NCBI GenBank assembly: GCA_034670305.1
Contig: JAXMNT010000011.1
Span: forward strand, 96,850-160,849
DNA length: 64,000 bases
Source: Deltaproteobacteria bacterium
GTDB lineage: Bacteria; Myxococcota_A; Polyangia; Polyangiales; Houyiibacteriaceae
Direction of reading: 5' to 3'
The notes beneath the pieces are model-generated. The model searched no databases, had not been told where the DNA came from, and saw only the letters and a list, made by a program, of their open reading frames with translations. Each line of letters begins with the position of its first letter. Positions within the stretch are counted from its first letter, which is position 1. Position numbers and translations under genes: made by a program. Of the stretch, positions 59,686 through 64,000 are shown piece after piece.

Positions 59686-62267
59686 GAGTTCACCTCACGG
59701 CGGGTGCGGAGACCGACGACCAGACCGAGCAGGAGGAGACCGGCGAGGGGCCGGTTGTCTTCCTGACCAGGCAGCGCACAGGCGCAAGCGCCATCGGCCG
59801 CGGGGTTCGGACGCCCTCGGATGAGTGCGTTCGAGGCGGAGCCGACGTTCTCGACTTCGTCGCGGACCTCGACTTCGACTTCTTCGGAGGGAAGAAGCGG
59901 GTCTTCGCTCTCGAGGCGTTCCCAGGCCGACCACTCGAGGCCGGGCATGCGCCAGCGCATCTCGAGGTCGTAGGGGCTGACCACATCGCGCGCGATGACG
60001 CGGGTGCCGCCGACGTCGGACTGCAGGACGACCTGCGGTGCGATGAGGTCGACGATGATCTCCTGGTACGCAGGCGTCGGGTCGACGCTGTTGCGTTCGC
60101 CGACGACGCGGGCCCGTGCCTCCACATCATGCTTCGCCTGAAGCAGAAGTGCCTCGTCCTGAATGACCACGTGGTTGTCCTGGGTCCACGCGGACCAGGG
60201 CATGCCGTCCAGGCGGTACGAGTACTCGTACTCGACGCCTTCGACGCCTTCGCCTTCGAGCCAGAGATGCACCGCCGGGAGCTCGCCCTCGGCCCAGGTC
60301 TCGACCTGCATCGCGCGTTCGTTCAGCACGACTTCGGAGGAGACCAGGTTGGTCTGGACCGGCGCCGAGAGCGCCATCGCGGCGGCGGGCGCCTGGAGGT
60401 TGGCGAAGATGCCGAGGAACTCTTCCCCGCCGTCTTCGATGCCCTGGATGCCGCCTTCGCCCACTTCGAGCTGCAGGCCCATCAGATCGGGCAGGGCGAA
60501 GCCGCCGAGGTCACCGAGCGCCATGCCGGCGAAGGTGCTGAGAATGCTCTCCACCGTGCCGGCGAGCGACTCCGGGTCTTCGGTGAGGAGGTTCTCGGTG
60601 TTCGTCACTTCGGCGTTGCTCGCGGTGAGCGAGGCGATGGACGGCACGATCTCGCCATCCACGACCGTCAGGTTGATCGGGATCTCGAGGTCGGACTGGA
60701 AGGTCATGAAGCGGATGTACCGCTCGTTGCCCCAGACGTAGAAGTCCATCTGCAGCTCCGGAAGGCTGACCCCGAGGACTGGATCTTCTTCGGTGCCGGC
60801 ACCGATCTCGAAGACCGGCGGTTGCTGGGGCCGGAGCACGATGGCGATCGGGACCGAACGCTGCGGGAACGTGAGCCGGTTGAGCGACGGGATGAGCAAC
60901 GAGAACAGGCCCGTGCTCAGCTGCTGCGAGAGCGGGGTGCCAGCGCCGATGCAGAGCAGGCCCGAGTCGTACATGCCGTAGCCGGCGTGGTTCAGGTAAC
61001 TCTCCGCGAGTCCGATGCTGATGTGGGGATCGGTGACGACGCCGGGCACGCTGTTCGCACGGAAGGTGTCGACGCGGGGAATCATCGGGTGCGGCGGCGG
61101 GTCGATGACCGGCACGCAAGGGTTGTGCGCGGGGAAGGTCGCGAAGTCGCGGCTGGTGCCGAGGAATCCGCCGTAGAAGAAGAGCGACATGCCGTCGTTC
61201 ACGGCTTCGGCGTCACCGCCGGATGCCAAGAGGAACTGACCCGGTGCGTGGGTGCCGGGCGAGATGGAACCGAGGAACGCTTCGCCGAGGTCGCCTTCGC
61301 CATCGGTGCCGAGCAGGGTCGGCACGCAGCGCGCGCTGTCGTCGGTGCAGGTGCCGTCCTCGACACCGCCGAAGCGACAGACCGAGTCTGGGTCCGCCGG
61401 ATCGTCCGAGCAGGTGCCGGTCGGGCAGCCGTATTCGGTGGTCGTGGTGCAGAGCTGGTCGTTGATCGTGCTCTCCAGCAAGCCGCCGACCTGGTCTTGC
61501 AGCGCATCGACGATGATGCCCTTGAGGAGCGGGGCGATGAGTCCGATGAGGCCTCCGTCGCCGGAGAGGTCGAGGTCGTCGTCTTCGAGGTCGCGTCCTT
61601 CTTCGAGGCCGGCGCTGGCGAGCGTGATGCGGGTGTAGCCATCGCGCGCGAGCTCCGTCTCCATGTCGAACACCAGGTTGGCCACGATGCCGACATCGGG
61701 CCGACTGCCGTTGCGGGTGTCGATGTCCGCGAGCACACCACCACTGCAGGCACCGAAGAGGCCGCCTTCGGTTCGGATCCGGAGCGGTCCGCGTTCGGAA
61801 CCGGTGCAGGCTCCTTCACCGTCTCGGCCTGTGCAGCGACGGCTCTCGAGGATGACCCGTACCGTGGCGTTCAAGCCGTTCGAGCCGGTCGGTGCCAGGT
61901 CGAGGCTCGCGATCTCGCCGCGGAGGATGCAGTCGTTGCTCTCGCAGACGTAGACGTCCGGAGTGCAGATGGTGGCGTCCACGGAAGTCGTGGTGGGCGG
62001 GACCTCGAACTCGAGTCCGTCGGGCAACAGGAGGCCGACGAGCGCGTCGGCGTTGTTCTCCATGTACTCGATGCCGCCCGACGTCAGGCGGACCTGAGCT
62101 GAGTTGGGGATGCGTTCGGCGATGGGGAAACCGCCGGGGATGGGACTGACGCCACATCCTTCGCAGCCACCACAGCCTCCGCCGCCGCAGGCAGTGAGGA
62201 AAAACAAGAACGCACCGTGAATGGCACGCTCAAACGAAGACCGTTCGGCCGGACGCCAACTGGACAT
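59682..62267 (-). CDS. Large surface protein, possibly BPI/LBP-like, with Ig-like domain and MYXO-CTERM-like tail
   Basis: LTACGGGGCGGC N-terminus; QVRLTSGGIEY segment; YEYSYRLDG..WS.W domain; GACAC...LLLLGLVVGLRTRR tail. Confidence 0.75.
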   Translation of the reverse strand: MSSWRPAERSSFERAIHGAFLFFLTACGGGGCGGCEGCGVSPIPGGFPIAERIPNSAQVRLTSGGIEYMENNADALVGLLLPDGLEFEVPPTTTSVDATICTPDVYVCESNDCILRGEIASLDLAPTGSNGLNATVRVILESRRCTGRDGEGACTGSERGPLRIRTEGGLFGACSGGVLADIDTRNGSRPDVGIVANLVFDMETELARDGYTRITLASAGLEEGRDLEDDDLDLSGDGGLIGLIAPLLKGIIVDALQDQVGGLLESTINDQLCTTTTEYGCPTGTCSDDPADPDSVCRFGGVEDGTCTDDSARCVPTLLGTDGEGDLGEAFLGSISPGTHAPGQFLLASGGDAEAVNDGMSLFFYGGFLGTSRDFATFPAHNPCVPVIDPPPHPMIPRVDTFRANSVPGVVTDPHISIGLAESYLNHAGYGMYDSGLLCIGAGTPLSQQLSTGLFSLLIPSLNRLTFPQRSVPIAIVLRPQQPPVFEIGAGTEEDPVLGVSLPELQMDFYVWGNERYIRFMTFQSDLEIPINLTVVDGEIVPSIASLTASNAEVTNTENLLTEDPESLAGTVESILSTFAGMALGDLGGFALPDLMGLQLEVGEGGIQGIEDGGEEFLGIFANLQAPAAAMALSAPVQTNLVSSEVVLNERAMQVETWAEGELPAVHLWLEGEGVEGVEYEYSYRLDGMPWSAWTQDNHVVIQDEALLLQAKHDVEARARVVGERNSVDPTPAYQEIIVDLIAPQVVLQSDVGGTRVIARDVVSPYDLEMRWRMPGLEWSAWERLESEDPLLPSEEVEVEVRDEVENVGSASNALIRGRPNPAADGACACALPGQEDNRPLAGLLLLGLVVGLRTRREVNS

Positions 62268-62519
62268 GAAGCAAACTCCCAAACCCGCACAGATCCGACA
62301 CGGACCCGCCACTGGCACAGCCTAATGGGTATGCGGTCACGCCGACAATAGACACATCGCTCGGCAGGACGTTTTCCACGAAAATCGCGGGCCAAGACGC
62401 ACGAAGTGTCAGAATCGTACACCGACCGGGGACGGCTTTCGTGTGGGCGCCATCGCTCATGGAAGTACTTATCGAAGGGATGGGTCTGGTAGGGGCGGAA
62501 GACTGCACTCGGGATGCGA

Positions 62520-62780
62520 TCAGCGGAGTAGCACCGAGGCGGCGGCGGCGAACATCCAGAGGAGGTGCGCGCCGCAGATCGCGGTGAGCAGCGCGGGCTC
62601 GAGGGTTCGGTCCCAGAGCCGCCCGAATCCGGAGCGCGGCGCATCGCTGAGGGCCTGGTGCGCGCGCAGGCGGACGTGTTGCTGCCGCCAGCCGCCGACG
62701 TCGTGGGTGGTCAGATCGGCCAAGCCAGTGAGTTCGGGGTCGTCGTCAAGGTCCGGTGCGTCGAGGAGGTCGTCGTTCAT
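62520..62780 (-). CDS. Small single-TM protein, putative anti-sigma factor
   Basis: ATGA overlap with the ECF stop; acidic N-terminus, C-terminal hydrophobic helix. Confidence 0.6.
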   Translation of the reverse strand: MNDDLLDAPDLDDDPELTGLADLTTHDVGGWRQQHVRLRAHQALSDAPRSGFGRLWDRTLEPALLTAICGAHLLWMFAAAASVLLR

Positions 62781-63385
62781 GTCGGGGCCCTTTCCGGCCG
62801 GAGATCGGGGAGGGTGTCGCGCAGGGCGTCGCGCAGCAGGGCGCGGCCACGCAAGAGACGCTGCCGGAGGGCGGGCGGTGCGATCTCCAGGATTTGCGCC
62901 GCTTCGGTGGGGCTCAGCCGCTCGACCGCGACGAGCAAAAGCGCCTCGCGGTACTTGAGGGGCAGGGCGAGGAGTGCGGCTTCCAGCCGGCGCTGGGTCT
63001 GGTTCGCTTCGAGGTGGTCGAACGGAGTCTCGGTGGCGATGCGCGGTCGGCTCGGCCAGAGGGCGAGATCTCGGAGCCGCTCGAAGTCGAGGAGCGCGCG
63101 CCGGCGGCCGTCGACGAAGAGGTTGCGGCCGACCCGGAAGAGCCACGCCCGCAGCACGACCTGCGGGTCTGGGGCAGATCGCGCGAGCCGGAGAAAGGTC
63201 TCCTGCATCAGGTCTTCGGCGATCGTCCGGTCGCGGGAGAGGCGGGCCAGAAACGAGAAGAGACGCGCCCGATGGCGATCGTAGATCGCATCGAACGCGT
63301 CGTGGTCGCCCTGGCGCAGCCGGGTCAACAGCACTGCGTCGCTGGCTTCCGAGAGGGAAGAACCCGGTTGTGTGTCATGGGCCAC
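62777..63385 (-). CDS. ECF-family RNA polymerase sigma-70 factor
   Basis: GD..AF..IY, AEDLMQETFLRL, WLF.V.RN...D, LP.KYREALLL, E.A.IL region 4. Confidence 0.92.
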   Translation of the reverse strand: MAHDTQPGSSLSEASDAVLLTRLRQGDHDAFDAIYDRHRARLFSFLARLSRDRTIAEDLMQETFLRLARSAPDPQVVLRAWLFRVGRNLFVDGRRRALLDFERLRDLALWPSRPRIATETPFDHLEANQTQRRLEAALLALPLKYREALLLVAVERLSPTEAAQILEIAPPALRQRLLRGRALLRDALRDTLPDLRPERAPT

Positions 63386-63394
63386 TCAGTGTGC

Positions 63395-63763
63395 TCAGGC
63401 CGCGGCCATCCCGGCGCCCAAACGGCGTACCCCAACCGCGGTGACCATCCACGCCAGCGAGAGCAGACTGAAGCCGAGGATGGCGGGGGTGAGCGCTTCG
63501 CCGAGGCCGGTCATCACGATGAGTGGCATGTCGGGCGACTGGGCCCACTCGGGGTGGTTCGGCACGTGGGTGAAGACCGCCGCGAGGTTGGCGGCCATGC
63601 CGCCGAGGACCGCGAAGGCGGTCGCGACGGAGAAGCCGCGAATCATCCCGACGTGTTGCTCCTTGGGTTTGCGCACGAAGTACGCCGCCGATCCGAGCGT
63701 CACCGCGCCGAGACCGAGCACCAAGAACATCGACCAACCACCTGCCTGAAAAAACGCCAACAT
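63395..63763 (-). CDS. Small 3-TM membrane protein, MotA/TolQ/ExbB-like
   Basis: F..GGW.M N-terminus, G..EAL....LG helix; 9 nt upstream of the ECF gene. Confidence 0.65.
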   Translation of the reverse strand: MLAFFQAGGWSMFLVLGLGAVTLGSAAYFVRKPKEQHVGMIRGFSVATAFAVLGGMAANLAAVFTHVPNHPEWAQSPDMPLIVMTGLGEALTPAILGFSLLSLAWMVTAVGVRRLGAGMAAA

Positions 63764-63871
63764 CGTCCACTCCCTCGTTCCGACACCACCGACCGCCGGC
63801 GGGTTCTTGCCAGGACGACGAACGGGAAGGCGCTGCGTGACAGAGAAAGTGAATCGCGGCGGCGCCGCGCG

Positions 63872-63920
63872 CCCCCTTGCCCTTGCCCTGTACCGTTCTT
63901 CGTGTCCCGTGATCGTGTGA
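63872..63920 (-). repeat. Short degenerate GGGCAA hexamer tract (on -)
   Basis: cccccttgcccttgccctg on +. Confidence 0.5.
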
Positions 63921-64000
63921 TCATGGCGACTTGAGCGGTCTGCCTCCCGAGAGTGCCTCTCTTGCCCCGCGCCTCGAGCGCCTGGCAAGGATACGCGCCT

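Overview
High-GC window from a myxobacterium (Myxococcota, probably Polyangiales/Sandaracinaceae-like; inferred from MYXO-CTERM-like tails, many Cys-rich lipoproteins and gene order). Core content: LysM/M15 peptidase; Xre-HTH + pilMNOP / pilQ; fused aroK-aroB; MoxR-DUF58-BatA; two large lipoproteins + mutS-pheA-hisC-(lipoprotein)-aroA-cmk-rpsA; AI-2E transporter; TSP3/vWA lipoprotein; PP2C; HtrA; a Cys-rich lipoprotein/TPR/Ser-Thr kinase operon; yhhQ; a matrixin operon; a heterodimeric ABC exporter; an EEP-fold lipoprotein; tRNA-Leu(UAA); a BPI-like/beta-propeller pair; and an ECF sigma operon. No integrase, transposase, CRISPR or rRNA was recognised. The most striking unexplained signal is a family of about 10 intergenic tandem-repeat tracts built from three motifs: TCGGCN hexamers, GGGCAN hexamers and a GCAGAGACAGCR-type 12-mer. 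Their orientation follows the direction of the gene transcribed into them rather than a fixed chromosome strand. They share junction sequences, and several bracket accessory genes next to the tRNA. Starts were chosen by eye; products come from motif recognition without database searches.
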